Shown: piece by piece, positions 26,344 through 33,078 of the stretch
Numbering within the stretch: the stretch's first letter is position 1
Layout: each line of letters begins with the position of its first letter
From: a virus
DNA: 45,911 bases
IMG/VR virus record: IMGVR_UViG_3300045988_128092
Direction: 5' to 3' (one strand)
The notes under the pieces: generated by a model
What the model was told of the DNA's origin: nothing
The model's input: the letters and a program-made list of their open reading frames with translations, nothing else
Database searches by the model: none
Position numbers and translations under genes: made by a program

Positions 26344-26452
26344 AAATGATGAAATTTTTTGAAAAAAATATTATTGGGCGGATTGTTCTAAAGGTTTGTC
26401 TTTCCCCTATGATGAAACCTTATTTTGGCGGCCTTCATTGTCCTAAAGGTAC

Positions 26453-26483
26453 AAAAAAGCCCCGGTCATACGGCCGGGGCTGA
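26453..26483 (-). terminator. Rho-independent terminator (31-bp repeat copy 1)
   Basis: On the minus strand: GCCCCGG / CCGGGGC stem followed by TTTTTT. Identical to 27183-27213. Confidence 0.75.
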
Positions 26484-26501
26484 TGTTGAACGAACTTCTC
26501 G

Positions 26502-26741
26502 CTATTTATTCATGTAGTCAATCAAAACCTGCGCAGGACATCCCATTGTCCGCAGATTGTTCTTGATAATTCCTATCGGGATGGGATTTATATGCGTCTG
26601 GAATATGACAGGACGAAGCATGCCCTTCTTGCACCATTTTTCATGGCCGCCTTTGATGCCGCCATATTCCCATCCCAAGTGCTTTAGGAACCGACGAAAA
26701 TCCGCAATGTCAATATTCGATAAAGCACCCATTATGCACAA
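26502..26741 (-). CDS. hicA: HicA-family toxin (mRNA interferase)
   Basis: FLKHLGWEYGGIKGGHEKW...VIFQTH pattern. Overlaps the upstream HicB-like gene. Confidence 0.75.
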   Translation of the reverse strand: MCIMGALSNIDIADFRRFLKHLGWEYGGIKGGHEKWCKKGMLRPVIFQTHINPIPIGIIKNNLRTMGCPAQVLIDYMNK

Positions 26742-27097
26742 GGAAGCGTTATATTCTCCCGAATAGTCCTGTATGCTTTGTTATCGACAATATCTGCCAG
26801 CTCGCTGCTTCGGGTGATAAGATCGCTCGTCTTTGGAGGCTGTCGCTTTTTCCATCCATAAGATTCGAGCAGCGCACTAAGAGTTCCCTCAGATATAGCG
26901 TACTTTAAGATTTCTTCAAGCATGATTTCAAAAGACCGTCTTGCCTCCTCCTCGCTATTCCCGTATCCGAGAATATCAAGGGCAGCGCAATAGGCATAGT
27001 AAATCTTGTCCTCCTCATAGAGGATGACGGCCAAACTTACGCTTATGCCAGTACCTTCTTTCATTGGATAGCTTCCATTAAATTGCTGCGCTTTCAT
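26732..27097 (-). CDS. hicB: HicB-family antitoxin
   Basis: YYAYCAALDILGYGNSEEEARRSFEIMLEE is a typical HicB N-domain. Paired with hicA. Confidence 0.7.
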   Translation of the reverse strand: MKAQQFNGSYPMKEGTGISVSLAVILYEEDKIYYAYCAALDILGYGNSEEEARRSFEIMLEEILKYAISEGTLSALLESYGWKKRQPPKTSDLITRSSELADIVDNKAYRTIRENITLPCA

Positions 27098-27182
27098 CGT
27101 TGGGATGGTAGTTGTTATGCAAATATAACATATTTCATGCTAAAAAACGCACAAAGGTAGTGAATAATTATATACTTTGAGT

Positions 27183-27213
27183 AAAAAAGCCCCGGTCATA
27201 CGGCCGGGGCTGA
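27183..27213 (-). terminator. Rho-independent terminator (31-bp repeat copy 2)
   Basis: AAAAAAGCCCCGGTCATACGGCCGGGGCTGA is identical to 26453-26483. Confidence 0.75.
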
Positions 27214-27227
27214 AAGGTAGGGGAGGG

Positions 27228-27854
27228 TTACCAGTCATCAGCGCTTTTACATGTTGGTGCAGTCAACTCTGCCATTATTTTACTTTCAATTAATGTCATC
27301 ATGTCATTACATCCATCTATTATTGCTCGTCTATAAAACCCCTCCCTTGCTGTTTTCATTTTCCCGTTGGGTTTGAAGCAAACTTCATAAGTGAGGGCTT
27401 CTGCTGGCCAATCAGCAGGGTTGAGGTATATGCCGTTTACTACCCCTCCAGGATAATGCCCCTTTATATCGTATATATCAATTTTATAGCGACCATCTTT
27501 TGTTTGGATTTTGAGGGTATACCAAACTTGAGCGGCTTGAACACCACCCATCAGACCGCGAGTAGGTACTTTTGAAAACCCCTTACAAACTAATATATGA
27601 GACTCCTTGTCCTCCATCTGGATGACGTCATTCGCAGAGTTGAATAATTCTGTTATACACAATCTTACTGAGTTGAATATTTTGTCTGCGTTACATTCGT
27701 TCGCTGAAACTATTTTCGAGAATACAACTCTACCATCCTCAGTAAACGGCATTTTGCCTTTGCCATATCTGTTTTGATCAGCCTCTTTGTCACTCTGGGC
27801 CAACATGGGGATTGCAAGAAAGAGTAAAGGAATAATGAGTAAAGTCTTCTTCAT
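27228..27854 (-). CDS. Secreted DUF4468-like protein
   Basis: Signal peptide MKKTLLIIPLLFLAIPMLAQS, then GKMPFTEDGRVVFSKIV... Confidence 0.6.
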   Translation of the reverse strand: MKKTLLIIPLLFLAIPMLAQSDKEADQNRYGKGKMPFTEDGRVVFSKIVSANECNADKIFNSVRLCITELFNSANDVIQMEDKESHILVCKGFSKVPTRGLMGGVQAAQVWYTLKIQTKDGRYKIDIYDIKGHYPGGVVNGIYLNPADWPAEALTYEVCFKPNGKMKTAREGFYRRAIIDGCNDMMTLIESKIMAELTAPTCKSADDW

Positions 27855-27855
27855 A

Positions 27856-28500
27856 TTATCCTATTTTATTCGACTTTTCAACATTGCATTTTTGGCAAAG
27901 CAACTGCATGTTCTCTAATGTAGTTGCCCCGCCTTTTGAAAAAGGTATGATGTGATCGAGTTGTAAGTTTTGTGTGGATCCGCAGTATACGCATCGGCCA
28001 CCATCACGCTTATATACTGCATCTACTATTTCCCTGGGAATTGGTGGCCGCTTTGGCTCATCACCGAATAGTTCTCCGCTGTCGATCAGTTCTTGCCGTA
28101 CGATTTTTTCAAGTTGACGTATACGGTATTTTTCTTTAATACGCGCTGCAATCTCGGCTTTTTCACGCTCTTCCTGTTCTTGTTGAAACAATATTCTCCG
28201 TCGTTCCTGCTCTTCTGCTGACAGGGAAGCTCGATGATAATCACCTGCCGCAAGGTATTTTTCTAACGATGTAATATTATCAAAATATACTTTTCGAGGA
28301 TTGATGCCCTGTTGTTGACCAACGATGCCAGCACTCTCTAATTGCATCATAATGCGCCCAGCCCGATTAAATCCAACTTCAAATTTTCGCTGAATTTCTG
28401 TTGTGGATATGCCTCCATTATTGACTGCATATCTTGCTACTTCCTCGAATAGCAAATCGTATTTTATGGGAGCTGGTTCTTCGAAGTAGTAATCCATCAT
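27856..28500 (-). CDS. FtsK-gamma winged-helix / coiled-coil / HNH nuclease fusion protein
   Basis: TTEIQRKFEVGFNRAGRIMMQLESAGIVG (FtsK gamma pattern). C-terminal CVYCGS...LDHIIPFSKGG...NMQLLCQKCNVEKSNK (HNH). Confidence 0.75.
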   Translation of the reverse strand: MMDYYFEEPAPIKYDLLFEEVARYAVNNGGISTTEIQRKFEVGFNRAGRIMMQLESAGIVGQQQGINPRKVYFDNITSLEKYLAAGDYHRASLSAEEQERRRILFQQEQEEREKAEIAARIKEKYRIRQLEKIVRQELIDSGELFGDEPKRPPIPREIVDAVYKRDGGRCVYCGSTQNLQLDHIIPFSKGGATTLENMQLLCQKCNVEKSNKIG

Positions 28501-28697
28501 GTATAAAATTTGTTTGTGCTATTGAAATAATCCGAAGTTTTTATGTTTTGGTCTGCGGGCGCCCCGGTCATTTTTAAAGGAGACCGTAATCTCCTTTAAA
28601 TGTGTAGCTCGATTATATGGAACTTATTTTGGGTGGTTCTATTTTATCATATTGCTTCCGCTCTAATGAAGATGGCATTAGTCTAATTAGAATACCG

Positions 28698-29084
28698 CTA
28701 TGCCTCTTTTTTTTGGGCAGCAGCTTCTGCCCCAGGTGTGATGCCTTGCATCTTCTCGATGATGGTGATCAGTCTGGATACTTCCCGATCTCGCCGTTCG
28801 AGAGCTTCAAAGAATTTCATTCTCTCCATAGTATCTAAGTTATTTGTTTCAGCTTTCGTTGGCGTGACGTCTTCGCCTCCTTGGCTGATAGGTTGGTCTT
28901 CTATGTTGGATATGCCAAAATATTGGAGTATATATCTGGCATTTGCTCTACTCGGCTTGCCTTCTCCTTTCTTCCATTTGCCGATAATTGTTTGTGACAA
29001 TCCAGTCGCTTTGGCGATCTTATACGGAGTGTCTTGTGTGCTTCGTAGTAATTCTACGGCCTTATCTATCAGTTTATCAGCCAT
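28698..29084 (-). CDS. CI-like HTH repressor (no S24 peptidase domain)
   Basis: YKIAKATGLSQTIIGKWKKGEGKPS HTH. Divergent from the early operon. Confidence 0.7.
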   Translation of the reverse strand: MADKLIDKAVELLRSTQDTPYKIAKATGLSQTIIGKWKKGEGKPSRANARYILQYFGISNIEDQPISQGGEDVTPTKAETNNLDTMERMKFFEALERRDREVSRLITIIEKMQGITPGAEAAAQKKEA

Positions 29085-29175
29085 GAAGGGTTTGTACTTA
29101 TAATATTCTGTAATTATATAATATTATTTGATTGAAAAATACTTCATTATTTTGGTATACACTCAAATAGTTTAG

Positions 29176-29183
29176 TATATTTG
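29176..29183 (+). promoter_or_regulatory. Bacteroidota -7 box (TATATTTG) of the early rightward promoter
   Basis: TAnnTTTG, with TTTG at 29151-29154 (21-nt spacing). Confidence 0.5.
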
Positions 29184-29299
29184 CAATGTGAAACCCACAA
29201 AGCTGATACAAATATACGATTTAAGATGAAAAACGCAAGCGTGGGGACTGAATATTTGACGATTGTACCTTTTTGAAGGTAATAAAAACGGACAACGCG

Positions 29300-29542
29300 A
29301 TGAAAGCAACTTACGACAAATCGAAGATCATGAAGAACGCCTGGTACCTTAAAAAGGTACAGCCGGGCAAGAGTTTCGGGGAGTGCCTGCGCAAGGCTTG
29401 GCGCAACGAGAAGTTGGCGATGCTGACCGCGAAGATCGAGAACCGCCCGACGGAGCAGCCGAAGGCCACGGAGTACCGCCCCGAACTGCTGAAAGTGCCG
29501 ACAGGTTTCTATGGTGTCCGAGGAATGTACTATGGTGACTAA
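29300..29542 (+). CDS. Hypothetical early protein (80 aa)
   Basis: First ATG in the 29273 ORF. Confidence 0.5.
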   Translation: MKATYDKSKIMKNAWYLKKVQPGKSFGECLRKAWRNEKLAMLTAKIENRPTEQPKATEYRPELLKVPTGFYGVRGMYYGD

Positions 29543-29652
29543 AGCACGATGCAATATGAACGAAGTAATTCAATCGACTGACCGCTTGACGGCACTACTC
29601 GAGGAGCAGGCCGCCTGCATTGAGCGGATCATGGCAATACTGGACAAATAAT

Positions 29653-29940
29653 ATGAATATGAATACTGCAAATCAGCGCGCTGTAAAGTCGCCGTTCCAA
29701 GAATATGTTTCTACACTTGGAAAGACTCGCAAAAGTAAGTTGTGGGCAGAAATTCGTCTTGTGACAGGAAAGGACAGGACAACAATATGGCGATGGGCGC
29801 ACGGACACACCCGTCCTGACAAGTCAGACAGGGATAACATAGCATTCTGTGTATATAAATTCTCTGAAAATAGGTTACCCGGCGACGCATTATTCCCAGA
29901 AGATTATCCATACAAAGGTACCCATGCAAAGGTTAAATAA
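29653..29940 (+). CDS. Cro-like / HTH early regulator (95 aa)
   Basis: In-frame ATG MNMNTANQ. KLWAEIRLVTGKDRTTIWRWAHGHTRP HTH. Confidence 0.55.
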   Translation: MNMNTANQRAVKSPFQEYVSTLGKTRKSKLWAEIRLVTGKDRTTIWRWAHGHTRPDKSDRDNIAFCVYKFSENRLPGDALFPEDYPYKGTHAKVK

Positions 29941-30475
29941 CGTAGAGTTTTTTAACTCACCCGAAGGAGAGGTGCAGATCCGCGATGAAAAGGGAGTGCG
30001 CACCTACATGGAAGAAGATAAAGAGCTTACGGATGCTTTGTTCTCGGTTATTGAACTGGATTACCCTAAGGCATTCAAGGCGTTGTCGGAGATTTACAAC
30101 AAGAGCAAAGCGAACGCCCCTTACTTCAAATACAGGTGTGCCCACAGATTCATCCGCTGCAACTTCGGGATGTATGATAAAATACCCGATATGGATGAGT
30201 TCGGCCGGTTCAACTTCGAGAATGTTGCTTGTCCGCTGGTGGGGGAGTGCAAATACTATAAAGTAATCTGTAACCCAGAGTTTAATACTAACCTGACAAT
30301 GCGGGAGAAAGAGATTGTCCGCCTCTATAAAGAGGGGTATAAGACTGAAAAGATTGCCGAAATACTATCACTTTCCCAGTTGACGGTCGAAACACACAAA
30401 CGAAACGCTATGCGTCGCACAGGGTCGACAACGCTTGCCGAACTCGTGATATGGGCTAACAACCACGGACTTTAA
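29924..30475 (+). CDS. LuxR/GerE-type (sigma region-4-like) transcription regulator
   Basis: C-terminal LTMREKEIVRLYKEGYKTEKIAEILSLSQLTVETHKRNAMRR. Confidence 0.7.
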   Translation: MQRLNNVEFFNSPEGEVQIRDEKGVRTYMEEDKELTDALFSVIELDYPKAFKALSEIYNKSKANAPYFKYRCAHRFIRCNFGMYDKIPDMDEFGRFNFENVACPLVGECKYYKVICNPEFNTNLTMREKEIVRLYKEGYKTEKIAEILSLSQLTVETHKRNAMRRTGSTTLAELVIWANNHGL

Positions 30476-30494
30476 ACACAAAATATAACCCACC

Positions 30495-31442
30495 ATGAAA
30501 ACAATTTATCTCTGGGTTTCAGGCAAAGGCTGGACACCCTTTCAGTACAATGAACTTTCTGAATTAGCCGCCGAATTTAAGGCGCGCAATATCAAACTGG
30601 GCAACGAGTGCGAACTGGGCGACGGGTGCAAACTGGGCTACGGGTGCGAACTGGGCGACGGGTGCAAACTGGGCTACGGGTGCGAACTGGGCAACGAGTG
30701 CGAACTGGGCAACGGGTGCAAACTGGGCGACGAGTGCGAACTGGGCGCCGAGTGCGAACTGGGCGACAGGTGCAAACTGGGCGACGGGTGCAAACTGGGC
30801 GCCGAGTGCGAACTGGGCGACAGGTGCAAACTGGGCAACGGGTGCAAACTGGGCTACGAGTGCAAACTGGGCGACGAGTGCGAACTGGGCGCCGAGTGCG
30901 AACTGGGCGACAGGTGCAAACTGGGCGACGGGTGCAAACTGGGCGCCGAGTGCGAACTGGGCGACAGGTGCAAACTGGGCAACGGGTGCAAACTGGGCTA
31001 CGAGTGCAAACTGGGCGACGAGTGCGAACTGGGCGCCGAGTGCGAACTGGGCGACAGGTGCAAACTGGGCGACGAGTGCGAACTGGGCGCCGAGTGCGAA
31101 CTGGGCGACGGGTGCAAACTGGGCTACGGGTGCGAACTGGGCAACGGGTGCAAACTGGGCTACGGGTGCGAACTGGGCAACGGGTGCAAACTGGGCGCCG
31201 GGTGCGATGTTCCGAAATCGCTATTTATCAGCGCATCTCGCCATGCAGTATCCTATTGGGGTGAGGATGTTATTCAAATAGGATGCAAACGCTACACCAT
31301 TTCCGAGTGGCAGAAGCATTTCCGAAAAATTGGCGAGGCCGAAGACTATAGTACCGAGCAGATGGAGGAATACAAAGGGTATATAGACCTGATCGCTACC
31401 ATGCATAAGACGTGGAAGGTTGAGAAGGTAAAGGACAAATAA
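30495..31442 (+). CDS. Hexapeptide-repeat (LG-x-x-C-K/E) x34 protein with unique N- and C-terminal domains
   Basis: 315-aa ORF. Residues 33-236 are 34 consecutive hexads. Confidence 0.7.
   Translation: MKTIYLWVSGKGWTPFQYNELSELAAEFKARNIKLGNECELGDGCKLGYGCELGDGCKLGYGCELGNECELGNGCKLGDECELGAECELGDRCKLGDGCKLGAECELGDRCKLGNGCKLGYECKLGDECELGAECELGDRCKLGDGCKLGAECELGDRCKLGNGCKLGYECKLGDECELGAECELGDRCKLGDECELGAECELGDGCKLGYGCELGNGCKLGYGCELGNGCKLGAGCDVPKSLFISASRHAVSYWGEDVIQIGCKRYTISEWQKHFRKIGEAEDYSTEQMEEYKGYIDLIATMHKTWKVEKVKDK
30591..31202 (+). repeat. 34 x 18-bp tandem repeat, including a perfect 144-bp higher-order duplication
   Basis: Unit TGC-RAA-CTG-GGC-NNC-GRG. 30735-30878 is identical to 30879-31022. 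Confidence 0.95.
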
Positions 31443-31449
31443 CAGCACG

Positions 31450-31562
31450 AGGTGTGTAGCTCAAAGGTAGAGCGGTGCAGGGATGCGAAATAGAAGCACA
31501 GAGGTTGAAAGACCTTGCATTTCCGGGCGCAGGTTGCAGGTTCGAATCCTGCCGCACTTCCA
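31450..31562 (+). tRNA. Aberrant 113-nt tRNA-like gene (acceptor, D and T arms intact; no canonical anticodon arm)
   Basis: Acceptor AGGTGTG/CGCACTT, D arm GCTC-AAAGGTA-GAGC, T arm GCAGG-TTCGAAT-CCTGC, encoded CCA. The central region is about 61 nt. Confidence 0.5.
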
Positions 31563-31920
31563 AGATAGCCACCGCATAGGTGAGGGGTTTGATTGCTGGC
31601 ACTAACCCCGCCGCAAGGCAAAAGCGATCCGTTAGGCCGATAATAGCGTCATCGGCGGGCCGTGGGCAAGGCTCAAAGTGATAGCCCCGCAAAAGCAAAT
31701 AGCCGAATGCGCGAAAGACTGGCATAGGCTTCGAGCTGCGATGATATGAGCGGCGAGAACCACCGGGATAAATCAAGCATTATTATGCCTGGTGTGGCTT
31801 GACCGCCTATCCAGGCTCTATGGCAGGCCTTGCGCACCGTTCTTTCAGCAGTGGGTTATTTCATTTTAGGCGTGAGGTCTGCATCTTGCCCGCGTGCGCT
31901 TTTCGGTGGCGCAGTTTTGA
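31563..31920 (+). ncRNA. Candidate structured non-coding RNA (GC-rich, hairpin-dense, no plus-strand ORF)
   Basis: Hairpins at 31584-31589/31604-31609, 31636-31641/31651-31656, 31761-31767/31788-31794, and 31895-31899/31909-31913 followed by GTTTT. Confidence 0.35.
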
Positions 31921-31981
31921 AATGGAGTTTAAAGTTACAGTGCGCGCGGGCTTATTTGCAACACCTTAAAACAATTATACT

Positions 31982-32278
31982 ATGGAGAAGAACACTTTGA
32001 GGAAGAGGAGATTTCTATGCTTCGACCTGACGCCCAGGTGGAAAATGTGGAAACGGATCGAAGACCTGGAGGTGCGGCTTGCTACATGCCTTTGCGAGCG
32101 CAATGAAGCGGATGGACGCCTTATCGAGCGGGAACACGAGGTATTGGCGCTCACTCAAGCACGTGATACCCTGTACAAGCGCATCGACGAACTGGAAGGC
32201 AGGCTCAGGAAATTCGACCGTACCCGTGGGAAAAGCGGCAAATACATCAAAGGCCATGAAACACGATCCTCAAAATAA
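31982..32278 (+). CDS. Hypothetical coiled-coil protein (98 aa)
   Basis: ATG ORF from the track. Confidence 0.5.
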   Translation: MEKNTLRKRRFLCFDLTPRWKMWKRIEDLEVRLATCLCERNEADGRLIEREHEVLALTQARDTLYKRIDELEGRLRKFDRTRGKSGKYIKGHETRSSK

Positions 32279-32489
32279 AATTCTGGCCTATCTCAAGGCC
32301 GGCGGCAGGCTGACTGTTCGCAAGGCTGAGAGGCTGTACCACACAACGGAGCTGCGCCGGATCATCAGTCGGCTCCGGAAAATGGGATATTCCATTTGCT
32401 CGAACAAACAGAGGGCCGTTACGGAAGACGGACGGCCGACACAGTTTAACGAGTACTATATGCCACAGGTAGCGGATTCCTGCCAATAA
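32256..32489 (+). CDS. Winged-helix DNA-binding protein (77 aa)
   Basis: ILAYLKAGGRLTVRKAERLYHTTELRRIISRLRKMGYSI pattern. In-frame ATG within the 32079 ORF. Confidence 0.55.
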   Translation: MKHDPQNKILAYLKAGGRLTVRKAERLYHTTELRRIISRLRKMGYSICSNKQRAVTEDGRPTQFNEYYMPQVADSCQ

Positions 32490-32505
32490 TCCGCAAATCG
32501 CATTT

Positions 32506-32513
32506 TAAGTTTG
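32506..32513 (+). promoter_or_regulatory. Possible -7 box (TAAGTTTG) upstream of tRNA-Gln
   Basis: Matches TAnnTTTG, but no clear -33 TTTG. Confidence 0.3.
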
Positions 32514-32614
32514 GTATTTGCCATTGGCCTGCTGTGAAGCACGCGGATGGTGTGCCGTCGGCATTAAAGCCCTACGCGGTGGCGTGGGTGAGTGGAGATG
32601 TCGGCGGCATTTAT

Positions 32615-32686
32615 TGAGCTATGGTGTAATGGTTAACACACCGCCCTTTGGAGGCGGTACTCCCGGTTCGAATCCGGGTAGCTCAA
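32615..32686 (+). tRNA. tRNA-Gln (anticodon UUG)
   Basis: Full cloverleaf read by hand: TGAGCTA-TG-GTGT-AATGGTTA-ACAC-A-CCGCC-CTTTGGA-GGCGG-TACT-CCCGG-TTCGAAT-CCGGG-TAGCTCA-A. U1:A72 pair. Confidence 0.85.
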
Positions 32687-33066
32687 CGGGGTTCTAGCCC
32701 TAATGTTGTGAGTTTGATCGGGCGCTTGGGCGTCTGTCACAACGGAAGCTGACAGAGGGTATATCCCTCGACAATCCGAGGCTGCGTGAAGGAAGTAGCA
32801 AGGCCGAAACAAAGGGTATTGAATGCGAATTTTATGCGACAGATATTGAATATACATCTAATATCAAACTAAAGTGTCTTTGCGGAAAGGTATTGATAGA
32901 TCGTAATAGCGCTTGCGACGCTAACGATTCTGATGAATTAGAATGGTTGGAACAAGACTGGGATGACGAGATTATCTTTTGTGCCGATTGTGGTCGTGAA
33001 TACGAGATACAAGGTGGACGCGCCCGGTTAATTTCAAAATAATTTTGCAGATTCGGAATGAATTCC

Positions 33067-33074
33067 TATATTTG
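33067..33074 (+). promoter_or_regulatory. Bacteroidota -7 box (TATATTTG) with -33 TTTG at 33044-33047
   Basis: TAnnTTTG plus TTTG 19 nt upstream. Confidence 0.55.
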
Positions 33075-33078
33075 TAGA

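Noticed and set aside
29147-29573. Minus-strand ORFs 29147-29554 and 29349-29573 overlapping the switch region and the first early genes
   Set aside because: They would read through the divergent promoter region, and their translations are Arg/Leu-rich with no motifs. The plus-strand early genes fit the operon structure better.
30591-31202. Could the 18-bp array be a CRISPR array?
   Set aside because: The repeats are directly abutting, with no spacers. The unit is far shorter than CRISPR repeats, the array is in-frame coding, and no cas genes are present.
30608-31264. 218-aa ORF (RTGRRVQTG... repeats) in a second frame of the 18-bp tandem array
   Set aside because: It is a by-product of the repeat period being a multiple of 3. 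It lacks unique flanking domains and an independent start context, and it sits wholly inside the better-supported 30495-31442 frame.
31346-31776. Minus-strand ORFs 31346-31621 and 31396-31776 across the tRNA-like gene and the structured region
   Set aside because: They run against the direction of the whole early operon and overlap a tRNA-like structure. Their translations are Cys/Pro/Arg-rich and low-complexity. An RNA interpretation is preferred.
31450-31981. tmRNA or permuted tmRNA, or a group I intron-containing tRNA
   Set aside because: Both acceptor halves, the D arm and the T arm lie within 113 nt. A tmRNA would place the tag and pseudoknots between them, which they are not. The insertion of about 37 nt is far too short for a group I intron.
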